This document shows positions 23,700-33,200 of a DNA stretch of 64,000 bases, one piece after another. This stretch comes from a virus (taxonomy: Duplodnaviria > Caudoviricetes), in IMG/VR virus record IMGVR_UViG_3300014204_013734, positions 64,001-128,000 of that record; one strand, written 5' to 3'. The position numbers and the translations under genes were made by a program. Numbering within the stretch: the first letter of the stretch is position 1; every line of letters starts with the position of its first letter. Below the pieces are notes generated by a model. The model was not told the origin of the DNA. It made no database searches and saw only the letters and a program-made list of their open reading frames with translations.

Positions 23700-24295
23700 T
23701 GAAAATAAGTACCTTGGCAGTCTTTGATTTTGACGGGACCCTTTTCAGAAGTCCCCAGGAACCTGCGTGGTGGCCCGAAGGAGAAAAGGGGAACTTCTAC
23801 CTCCACCAAGATTCCCTTGGCCGACCTTGTGTCCCGGACCATCCGGATGATTCCTGGTGGATCGGTTCAGTCGTAATTGAAGCCCGCAAGGCACTTACCG
23901 ATCCCTTTGCAAGGGCCGTGCTTTGTACGGGAAGAGTAGACAACCTTTCCTTCCGCTGGCGTGTTCCTGAGCTTCTGAAACAAAAAGGATTGGATTTTGA
24001 CGGGGTGTTCCTAAACCGTAAATCCAGTGTCAAGGAACACAAAGCATCTACCGTCAAGCAAATTTTGGTGAAAATCCCCAGCATTAAAGTCGTCAAGATG
24101 TGGGATGATGACCAGAAAAATCTGGACGCGGTTGAAGCCGTCGTTACAACTTCCGGGATGCAGTTTGAATCCCATTTGATTCGGTCTACTCCCAAACCAC
24201 TTGCCTGCGGACCTGAAACATACCTTGAAGAAAACCCTTGGTCCAAAGACCCCGCCAAACGTGTCGCTTTACGTTGGATAAAAAGAAACGCCTGA
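23699..24295 (+). CDS. HAD-family phosphatase (resembles the HAD_SAK RNA-repair type)
   Basis: AVFDFDGTLFRSP, WW, LCTGR, K, MWDD; C-terminal KRVALRW. Confidence 0.75.
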   Translation: MKISTLAVFDFDGTLFRSPQEPAWWPEGEKGNFYLHQDSLGRPCVPDHPDDSWWIGSVVIEARKALTDPFARAVLCTGRVDNLSFRWRVPELLKQKGLDFDGVFLNRKSSVKEHKASTVKQILVKIPSIKVVKMWDDDQKNLDAVEAVVTTSGMQFESHLIRSTPKPLACGPETYLEENPWSKDPAKRVALRWIKRNA

Positions 24296-24326
24296 TCGGG
24301 GTAGATTTCGGCAAGGAGGTCGTGCC

Positions 24327-25895
24327 GTGCCGAAACATCCAAGAGACATCCTGATCGGACCCGATGCCCGAATGAAACTGCTTTCAGGGGCGTTACAAGT
24401 AGCCAAGGCCGTAGCTACTACGCACGGTCCTTTGGGCAGAACCGCCCTGATTCACAGAATGTCCGGTCTCATTGACACCAAAGACGGATTAACCGTCGCC
24501 AGAGAAATCTTCCTTCCTGACCCGGTTGAAAATCTGGGCGCCCGTATTCTCCAAGAAGCCTGTATTCGAGTCAATACCGAAGCGGGGGACGGCACAACGG
24601 CGACCGCCATCATGGCAGCTACCATGTTGAAGGAAGGATTTAAGGCTATTGCCGCCGGAGACAGCCCGACGAAACTTGTTGCCGGAATGGACGTTGCCGT
24701 ATCAGAAGCCTGTGCTTTCATACGAAATTTGGCTGTTCCCGTCAACGGCAAGAATGCCATTGAAAGGATTGCCTTAGTCGCAGGCAACGGAGACGAAGAA
24801 ATAGCCGGATTGATGGCGGATGCCTGCATGGCTATCGGTAAGGACGGAACCGTAGCGGTAGAGGATGGGCAGGGGGTTGATTCTTCTTTGGAATTTAAAG
24901 AAGGATTTGAATTTCCCAAAGGCACCGCAAATCCAGCTTTCCTGACAGGACAATCCGAAAGGGTTCTTGATGACGCCTTGGTCGCCGTAACGACCCTTCC
25001 TCTTCATACCATAAACGACGTGAAAGACATTCTTGAAACAGCCAGCCAATGGCCGCGGAACGGTTTAGTCGTGTTTGCCCCCGCTATTCTCGGAGATGCC
25101 CTCAGAACGATGCTCTTAAATGACACCAAGAATGTTGTAAAATGTGTTGCGGTCCAAGTGCCGGGGCATAGGACCAGAGAATTCCTGGATGATGTTGTGG
25201 CCCTTTCGGGAGCAACGTTGGTTGACCCTTCCGCCGGGATGTCCAATCAGGTTTGGAATGCGGAATGGTTCGGAACACTCAGGAAAGTTGTCGTCAAGAA
25301 GGAATCGGCTTTCCTGGAAGCTTACGACGAAAAGGCACAGAATACCAGAAATCAAATAGCCCGATTGAAAACCGAATCGGAAAGACTAACGTCCAGTTTC
25401 GATAAGGACCGATTCAAGGAACGGATCGCCCGTTTATCCGGTGGGTTGGCCATCTTAAAAGTCGGGGGCGTAACCGAGGCAGCGTTGAAAGAACGTCGGG
25501 CACGGGTTGAAGACATGCTAGGGGCGGTAAGAGCTTCGTTGAAAGGCGGAATTGTACCGGGCGGCGGTGTAGCCTGTTTCCTGGCCAGCAAGGTTAAGAA
25601 CAGGATAGTTTCAACCGCTTTGATGGCGCCGATCAAATCCTTGGCTCGGAACGCTGACATGCACTGGATGTCCATCACCCCCCTAGCAGGCATGGATCCT
25701 TGGACTGGATGGGACTTTGTCCAGAACCGATTGAGAAATCTGGCAGAGGACCCGCTGATAGCGGATGCCGCCTTGGCGGTAGAAGCCGGTATTCGGGCGG
25801 CCGGGTCTGTGGCCAGAACACTGCTTTTGGCGGATGCCACCGTGACGCACCCGGCTTGGAACGATACCTTCTCCGGTAGTCTGAGGAGGAGGTGA
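24327..25895 (+). CDS. groEL: GroEL-like chaperonin
   Basis: ATTHGPLGR, TKDGLTVARE, AGDGTTAT, ERIARLSGG, VGGVTE, RVED, GIVPGGG. Confidence 0.9.
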   Translation: MPKHPRDILIGPDARMKLLSGALQVAKAVATTHGPLGRTALIHRMSGLIDTKDGLTVAREIFLPDPVENLGARILQEACIRVNTEAGDGTTATAIMAATMLKEGFKAIAAGDSPTKLVAGMDVAVSEACAFIRNLAVPVNGKNAIERIALVAGNGDEEIAGLMADACMAIGKDGTVAVEDGQGVDSSLEFKEGFEFPKGTANPAFLTGQSERVLDDALVAVTTLPLHTINDVKDILETASQWPRNGLVVFAPAILGDALRTMLLNDTKNVVKCVAVQVPGHRTREFLDDVVALSGATLVDPSAGMSNQVWNAEWFGTLRKVVVKKESAFLEAYDEKAQNTRNQIARLKTESERLTSSFDKDRFKERIARLSGGLAILKVGGVTEAALKERRARVEDMLGAVRASLKGGIVPGGGVACFLASKVKNRIVSTALMAPIKSLARNADMHWMSITPLAGMDPWTGWDFVQNRLRNLAEDPLIADAALAVEAGIRAAGSVARTLLLADATVTHPAWNDTFSGSLRRR

Positions 25896-25900
25896 CAATC

Positions 25901-26059
25901 ATGATTACGTTCATCCTAGTCGTCAGTGTTTTGGTTGTTTTTGGAGGGGCTGCTTGTTTTGGTTTTCTTTTCTTGCTGCCGGGGGTAGTCTTGTGGTTGC
26001 TTGGCAAGTGTTTTTCTGCCGCTTCAAAGGAAGTCATTTATGGAAAGACCGACAACTGA
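25901..26059 (+). CDS. small membrane protein (52 aa)
   Basis: MITFILVVSVLVVFGGAACFGFLFLLPGVVLWLLGK...; RBS GGAGGT. Confidence 0.6.
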   Translation: MITFILVVSVLVVFGGAACFGFLFLLPGVVLWLLGKCFSAASKEVIYGKTDN

Positions 26060-26471
26060 AAGCATTCTGGAAATTTTGGAACGGGTGGAAGAAACCCTGG
26101 CAGGACTCGTCCATCTGGAAAAGCAAGGAATCTTAGACAACGAATCCCAAGTCAAGTGCGTCCTTACCCTTTCCGTAGCGGTCCTGGCGTTGGACCTGTA
26201 TTTGACGGGAAAAGTGGAAAACAGAGGGAAAAAGGACCACTTAGATGCGGCCCCTCTTCTGGCGGGACAACCTTGGATCGCGGAACTGTCGGACGGTTGG
26301 TCCGCCTTAGTCTTGCGAAAACCGACAAAGGAAGACCGTCGCATGGTCTTCCTGGATGAAAATACCTCGGACCGACCCCCAGACGAAAAAGTCAAAAGTT
26401 TGTGGGATACGTTGGTTTCACTGAAGAAGCCCCCGGTAAAATTTCCCATTAACGATGGTTTGTTTGAATGA
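26040..26471 (+). CDS. hypothetical protein
   Basis: ORF in a coupled operon. Confidence 0.6.
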   Translation: MERPTTESILEILERVEETLAGLVHLEKQGILDNESQVKCVLTLSVAVLALDLYLTGKVENRGKKDHLDAAPLLAGQPWIAELSDGWSALVLRKPTKEDRRMVFLDENTSDRPPDEKVKSLWDTLVSLKKPPVKFPINDGLFE

Positions 26472-26887
26472 ACGTGCCTCCAAAAGAATTGTTTGAAGGA
26501 GGGTCTAAGACCCTATCCGTTGAAGTCAGGGTTTGCATTGATGAATTCGGGACCGTCTGGTCGTTCCATCAGCTTTCCACAGAAGACGAAAAGAAAGCTT
26601 CTTCATATCCGGGGGGCGGGACCCAACAGATCGGTCATGCACTCTTGGTAGAAACAGTGCGTCGGGAAACCTTCAATTCCGCCTTGGTTTTGTTGGAATC
26701 CGAACCGACTTTCCTTCAGACATGGACTACCGCAGACGAAACGGTCAAGAAGGAACTGGAAGAAAAACTTGCCACTGCAATACATGGGGTAATTGAAAGA
26801 ACGACCAGAAGGTTGTGCCCTTCGTCCGTTAAAGAAATACTCAGTATGTTGGAACAACAGAAGATAGGCAAGAATGACGGAACTTGA
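26468..26887 (+). CDS. hypothetical protein
   Basis: ATGA overlap. Confidence 0.65.
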   Translation: MNVPPKELFEGGSKTLSVEVRVCIDEFGTVWSFHQLSTEDEKKASSYPGGGTQQIGHALLVETVRRETFNSALVLLESEPTFLQTWTTADETVKKELEEKLATAIHGVIERTTRRLCPSSVKEILSMLEQQKIGKNDGT

Positions 26888-27089
26888 AACGACTAAGAAG
26901 ACCTTATGGAGTCAGTTCCGAAACCTGATGCGACGCCGGACGCCGCCGGTGGCCGTTTCCAACCTTGCCCCTGAAACGGCTTTTGAACTAGGCTGGCGCC
27001 TGGGCTTACGAACAGGCTATGAAGAAGGCGTCAGCGACGGTATTGGCATTGATAAAGATACCCCCACCCCAAATCCGGAAATCCACTGA
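26874..27089 (+). CDS. hypothetical protein
   Basis: Coupled ORF, GW..G...GY.EG..DG repeat. Confidence 0.6.
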   Translation: MTELETTKKTLWSQFRNLMRRRTPPVAVSNLAPETAFELGWRLGLRTGYEEGVSDGIGIDKDTPTPNPEIH

Positions 27090-27175
27090 AAACGGTTTCC
27101 CCGTCGTCTACATCCCGTTGATTATCCTATGAAACCCTTTTGGGTGGGTGGTCTCATCTGAAAGGGTTATGAACC

Positions 27176-28237
27176 ATGGAAAATTTCCAAAATTCAGGCG
27201 ACAGGGATTTCTTGATTTTTGCGGAAAAATGGGAATCCTTACCGAAAGGTTGGACGGAACAATCCGCAAAAGATTTCTGGGATTCCCTGACCGGAGAAGT
27301 CAAGCACAAGGTGACGAAGTGCATCAAGGAAATGGAAGGGAATGTGGACGACCCCGGCGCATTTTGTGGCTCACTCGCCGATCTCGTAGACCCGGGATGG
27401 AGAAACCGCAAAGCACGGGTTGCTGCACAGGAATCCCTTTTCAAGCCGTGGTTGGGGAAAAAAGAACCCCTTATCCCTTTGATTTTCAAGAAAATCAAGG
27501 ATCAGCAGAAGGAACGTGATGACATCGGTTTACGGTCCTTCCAGGCGGGAATCAACGGTTTCATTTACAACCTTTTTGATGACTTTATCGGCGGAAAAAT
27601 CTTGGCACAAAAACTGTGGACTTTGTTTGAAGGAAGCGGCATCAGCCAGGACACATATATCGGCAAGGAAGTCTTTTACTACTTTGAAAGATACTTCACC
27701 GGGTCTTCGTCTCTCCGTCTTCTTCAAGCAGCAGCAGTAGCTTTGGAACTTCTACGTCGGGGACGCATGCCCCGCCTGGCGGCAAAGGCGGAAGCCTTGT
27801 TCCTGGCGAATCTGAAAGACGAAATGAAAAAGGAACAACCCATTGCCCCTGCAGGCAAAGGGAAGACCCCGACCCAAGTCTTGAAGGAACTGGTTACCGA
27901 ACGGCTGCCGAAGGCGAAAGAATACTTAGCAAACGCCCAACATGCTGGATTCCCAATCAGTGTGGATCTGGCCCGAACCTTGGTAGCGGAAGCTTTGGAA
28001 GATTCAAACTGGCCTTCCTTATCGTCCAAAATCAGGTCTATGACTACTGATGAACTCCAGGATCTTCCTGGTGCTTTGTACAATCCAATTTCCAAAGATG
28101 AAGGTTGGGCTGTCAATTATCTAGCCGTCATGGGAATTGCCATCCTGTCCTTGGTCAAGGACAAGGAAGGGATTGCCGTCTTGAAAAAGGCACTCCTTTC
28201 GGAATTTCCAGACACTTTGCAGGAAGACGAGGAATGA
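27176..28237 (+). CDS. modular hypothetical protein
   Basis: Short N-module (KWESLPKGWT...DDPGAFC) ending at KARVAA. Confidence 0.75.
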   Translation: MENFQNSGDRDFLIFAEKWESLPKGWTEQSAKDFWDSLTGEVKHKVTKCIKEMEGNVDDPGAFCGSLADLVDPGWRNRKARVAAQESLFKPWLGKKEPLIPLIFKKIKDQQKERDDIGLRSFQAGINGFIYNLFDDFIGGKILAQKLWTLFEGSGISQDTYIGKEVFYYFERYFTGSSSLRLLQAAAVALELLRRGRMPRLAAKAEALFLANLKDEMKKEQPIAPAGKGKTPTQVLKELVTERLPKAKEYLANAQHAGFPISVDLARTLVAEALEDSNWPSLSSKIRSMTTDELQDLPGALYNPISKDEGWAVNYLAVMGIAILSLVKDKEGIAVLKKALLSEFPDTLQEDEE

Positions 28238-28905
28238 CCCAACAAAGCAGAAAAGTAGCCGCCAGATGGCTGGCCCGAAAAGCAAGTTTGGAAAGTAGGG
28301 TCAAGGATCTGTTCTTTCCGTTCAAAGACAGCATCAAGAATTGGCCTGGGTTCATCGGGGAACTTGATTCCTTGTTCAGCATCTTCACGGAATACGCGGG
28401 AGTGAAAGCGGTATCCGTCAAACAAACCAAGACGGGATTGGAAACCGCCTTCGGGAAAGAAGTTGGCGGTTCTGAACCCCCTTCTTACGTTGAACAAGAA
28501 TTCCAGGTCCCGGAAGAAATCCGCGTTGATCTATTGGCGGTCGTTGATTTCAGGAATCTGGTTTGGGGATGGTCCAAAGCCTTGAAAACCTATGTCCTGG
28601 ATGAAAAGACGTTCAGGACTTTGTTCTTTGACCGGATGTTGAACGACAACTATTTCCGACAGGAATTCCTGAAATTGGCGGGGATAGCGTTGGAGAAAGA
28701 CCTGAAAGAACAAAGCATTGAATTCTGGGCAATGGATGCTGGTCTTGACGCATGGATTCCTGACAACACGGAAGCGTCCGTATCGAAATGGGACGGTAAT
28801 TTGAAATCAGTAGAGGTTGGACGACCAACGGTTTCAAGAACCACTGCACAGTTCCCCGTTTTGGCGGTCCTTGATTTGGACGTTTATGTGGAAATGCCCG
28901 ACTAA
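28234..28905 (+). CDS. hypothetical protein with KVAARW motif
   Basis: MTQQSRKVAARWLARKAS; ATGA overlap. Confidence 0.75.
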   Translation: MTQQSRKVAARWLARKASLESRVKDLFFPFKDSIKNWPGFIGELDSLFSIFTEYAGVKAVSVKQTKTGLETAFGKEVGGSEPPSYVEQEFQVPEEIRVDLLAVVDFRNLVWGWSKALKTYVLDEKTFRTLFFDRMLNDNYFRQEFLKLAGIALEKDLKEQSIEFWAMDAGLDAWIPDNTEASVSKWDGNLKSVEVGRPTVSRTTAQFPVLAVLDLDVYVEMPD

Positions 28906-28927
28906 TCTTAGTTTAGGAACCACAAGC

Positions 28928-30214
28928 ATGCAACGCAAAGCCAAAGCAACAGTCACCCCAGTTCGACAGCGTTCCCAGTACACATGTATGGCAACTTCGT
29001 TATCCATGTGTATCAAAGCATTAGGCAAGAAAGTGACTGAAGACGAGGTGAATGATGTTCTCGGGGCTACCCCGATGCACGGGGCTTCCTGGGAACAGGC
29101 TTTGGCTGCAGCACAGTATTTCGGGTGCCGGGGGACCCTGGTCGTTCCCGCTACCTTGAACATGGTGAAGAAGTGGACCGATGCCGGAATCCCCGTGATG
29201 ATTGCTTGGAATCCTGAAGGGCGCCCGTGGTCCCATGCGTCCGTAGTGTTTGATGTTGACGACAATGGAAACGTTCATGTCGCCGACCCGAACATCCCCG
29301 ACCCGGAATTGACGGTCAGGGTTGTTTCCAAAGACGAATTCTATCACAAGTGGATGGAAAAAGTCAGTGATTCCTTGATTGTCCGTCGCCCGGCCATGGC
29401 CATTGAATTGGAAGTAACCTCTGACGGGCATCAGGTTGTAGCTTCTAAATTTTTCATGCCTGCATATGCAGAAAAAATATTTGACCAAAAGATGAAACGG
29501 ATTCCAGGAACCTTTTCGTGGGTGTCTCAGGAAAAGAGTTTCGCCGTAACAGCCTTTCCCCCCAACAGATCATTTCCAGGCAGATACTGGGTTGAAACGT
29601 TTGTCCCAAGCATGACAGGCGATCACTACGACGAAAAAACCAATACAATTGGAATCGGACCTGCCTGGATGCACGATGGCAGGAGCTATCCGTCACTGGA
29701 GGGTGAGGGTTTCAAGGATGTGCTCCATAGCTTGGGTTATGCGAAAACCCTTGCACAGGAAGCGGATCATTATGCCGATTGGTTAGAACGGGAATTTCCC
29801 ATCAAGGTATCTGCCCAAGTTAGGGCAAAGATAACGTCTTTGATGAAAGGTTTGGCAACACGGAAATGGGAATGGGGAAAGAACCCCTTCAAAGCCCCGC
29901 AATTCAGGATTTCGTTAGATGACGGAACAGCAAAACTCAAACGAGCTTACCTTGAATCGCAAATTGCCAAGCGATGGCTAAGGAAAGTTGCCCGGGCGTC
30001 CGTCCACGGCATTGCCGTTTACAAAGGGAAGATTGACCCCCAGACGGGCAATCCTTTCCTGTCATTGTTGAACAGCGCAAATCCGAAGGATGTCGGATCC
30101 ATTTGGGTCATGCCGGAAGAGGCTTTGTTGAAAATCAGGAAAGATGTCCCGTTCCTGGTTGAATACGATCCGGATGACGACTTCCTGAATTACGTGCCCT
30201 TGACCAAAGTTTGA
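28928..30214 (+). CDS. C39-like (papain-fold) cysteine peptidase with additional modules
   Basis: PVRQRSQYTCMATSL (Q..C), WSHASVV (H), HVADPN (D), EF..KW. Confidence 0.75.
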   Translation: MQRKAKATVTPVRQRSQYTCMATSLSMCIKALGKKVTEDEVNDVLGATPMHGASWEQALAAAQYFGCRGTLVVPATLNMVKKWTDAGIPVMIAWNPEGRPWSHASVVFDVDDNGNVHVADPNIPDPELTVRVVSKDEFYHKWMEKVSDSLIVRRPAMAIELEVTSDGHQVVASKFFMPAYAEKIFDQKMKRIPGTFSWVSQEKSFAVTAFPPNRSFPGRYWVETFVPSMTGDHYDEKTNTIGIGPAWMHDGRSYPSLEGEGFKDVLHSLGYAKTLAQEADHYADWLEREFPIKVSAQVRAKITSLMKGLATRKWEWGKNPFKAPQFRISLDDGTAKLKRAYLESQIAKRWLRKVARASVHGIAVYKGKIDPQTGNPFLSLLNSANPKDVGSIWVMPEEALLKIRKDVPFLVEYDPDDDFLNYVPLTKV

Positions 30215-30223
30215 GGTTTAGTT

Positions 30224-33200
30224 ATGAAGAAAACAGCCATCGGACCGAAGGTGATCTTTAAGTCCGACAAACCCCTGTTCACGGAAGTAGCCCACAAATA
30301 CGAAGAACCTTACGGGCTTCGCCTTGTGTCTATGAATCTGGTCAGATTCACCCCTACTGGAAAATCTGAACCTTGGACAAAAGGTCAGAAAGGCGTGCGT
30401 AATCAGGTGCAAATCGCACTTGATTTTGATGCGGAACTATTTCCGACCTACGCCAAAGAAAAGTCAAACGTCAAAATGAACTTCCGTGCTGAAGGACCGG
30501 CATACGTGTATGTGAACGATAAGGTAAAGGTATGGTCTTTCTTGATGTCCCCAATGGCATTTTGGCACATCAATTTTGAACAATCTCTGAATAAAGAAGG
30601 TTTCATCACCTATGGTATGTATCACACACCAAACGGTGGAGGAACCTTGAATGAAGCCACGGTTTTGTCACAAATAAGCGACTTTTTGACAAGTTCCGCA
30701 TTCAAGCAAACGATTACCATGCTGCAACACGCTTGGGACAGCCCCACAGGAAAGACTTCCGGTTACAAAGGAAACCCTGACGGCAGGGACATCTATCCTG
30801 TTGAAGTCAAACACGGTTATGGAGAACCCTTGGCGGGAGGAACTGACGTGATGAGAAAACTCCAGAATTTGCTTCTGACCGAACAAGGGTCGGACCCCAG
30901 ACCGGAAAGCTCAAAAATTGCTGTCTTAGGGGAAGATATGCGAAACCTGAAACGCTTGGCAATGGAATTTCCGACGGAAAAAGCCAAGAAGAAATACCTG
31001 AAGGAACACCCAAAAGCAGATCCTTCCAATCATACTGTTGAGGAAAAGAAAGACGAAGACGAAGCCAAGGTAACAAAGCAAGGTCCCGGCGGACAAAAAG
31101 CCCAGAAAGCATGGAGGGATGCTGGAAAAGCATACAAGACGTTTGAAGACATGAATAAAGAAGAACAATCTCTCCGAAGGAAATTGAAAAAAGGCGACCC
31201 TTCTGCCACAGCGGAAGCTGCAGAGTTTTACAGTAAGTCTGTGGAATACGCCAAAAAAATGAACAGGTACAACAAAAAAATCCTAGATGAAATAGACAGG
31301 GAATCCCTTGACGACCCTAAGAAAAAGATTTTTGATGAAGCCCTGAAAAAATTCAACGAAGCTGAAGACCATATTGAAAAGAGCCCAAAGACTTTAGGCA
31401 AAGATTCTATGGGCTATGATCAGGATCCCCTTTTTCTTGGCGGATGGGTAGCAGCCATTCCCATACATGTTTTGGAAATACTTCATGACATTATGTACAA
31501 AGCGGGAAAGAAAGCTTTCCTGGAACGTCTTACAATGGAATTTCCGACGGAAAAAGCCTTAAAAGATTACCTGAAAGAACACCCAAAAGCAGACCCTTCC
31601 AACCATACAGTTACCAAAAAAGAAGAAACAGGTAAAAAGGACACTCCAAAAGGAAATCTGCTTGGAAAAGACGTCCAGAAACGTTGGAAGGACATAGGGA
31701 AGCACCATGCAGAATTGATGGACACCGCCAAGGAAAGCCAACAATTGCATGAAAAGCTGAACAAGGCACACCATGATCATGAGCACCAGGAAAAAGCAAA
31801 GGAATTGGAAAAAGAACTAAAAGGTCACGCGCAAATGTACTACAACCGAAACCGATCCAACGGTTTCAGGATGATGGAACACGTTGAAAAAATCATGAAA
31901 GACATTGACAGGGAAACCCTTGATGCTGAAGGAAAAAAACTCTACGACGAAGCAAAAGAAGGCAAAGTCAAGGCGGATGATTTGGTAGAAGGGGGTTATG
32001 AACCCCGGAAAGGTTACGAAGCGTCCGATTTCAACTACATGGCGGGAATGGTTGCCGGGGCCGTAATTGCCCCTCTACATGCCCTCCAGAAAATGATGGA
32101 CAGAGAACGAGATGCAGGAAAGAAAGCTTTCCTGGAAGGACCTGACATGAAAAACGCGGACTGGCAACCTGGGAAAAAAGATGAAGAAGGCTGGGAAGAA
32201 GGCAAACGCGTCCCCGACACCATCACGGAAGGGGAAGGTAGTTTGATCCCGAACATCCTTGAACGGTTAGCAATGCTGTCCGATGACTGTAACGGTTTGC
32301 TGGCCCGTTACGAAGAAGGCGTTCCGGCCGACCCGACGGAAAATATGTCACCCGAAGATGCCAAGGAATGGAAGGAACAGAACGAAGAACATCGGGACGA
32401 ATTCAAAAAGGCCTTTGACGCCCTTACCAGCAAGGCACAGGAAACGAACACCTTGGCTACTCTTGAACGTCTTGCCGCCAACAAAAAGGCCAAGCATCGT
32501 TCCTTGAGTGAAATTGCCGACGAAATCACTAGGGATTGGCCTTCCGTGAACTACGCCGCCAAACCGTATCTCAATGCAATGAAAAGTCTTGACCAAATTA
32601 CGGAAACCTACGGGCAGGACCCCGCGAAATCCATTGTTGCTTATTTTCTGTCCAACGCTACCTCGTGGAAAGGCGAAAAAGCAAAAGCCGTCAAAGCTGA
32701 GCTAAAAGCTCTCCTGAAAATACGGGGAGCGTCGGAAAAGACAGCTTCCGACAACACCGTTTCAATTATGAAGGAATTTCTTGACCGGGATTGGCCGGCG
32801 GTTGAAAAGGCAGTATCCGAATTGGATTGGGACGAAGCGACAAACACCTTGAAACGTATCCAAGGTGTTTACCATCATTCCGCCGGACTGGACAAAAATG
32901 TCATAGACATGCCGGATACGAAAGCATTAGGGCACATCCGAATGCTCTTGGATGCGTTTAAGACGAAAGACGAAAAAAAGATCAAAGAGGACATGGAAAG
33001 CCGCGGTCCGGTGATGGTCAAGGAATGGAAGACCAATATCGGGAAATACAAATGGCAAGCAGGATTCCAAGGAGAAGAAATCAAAAACCTGTCCGAACAG
33101 ATCGTTTCAAAGGCATTTTCCGAACTTGGCGGACCGAGCGGTTGGGATGTCAGACAGGTATTTTTCAAGGAAGGTCCTGAAGCAGCCCAAAAAGCGTTTG

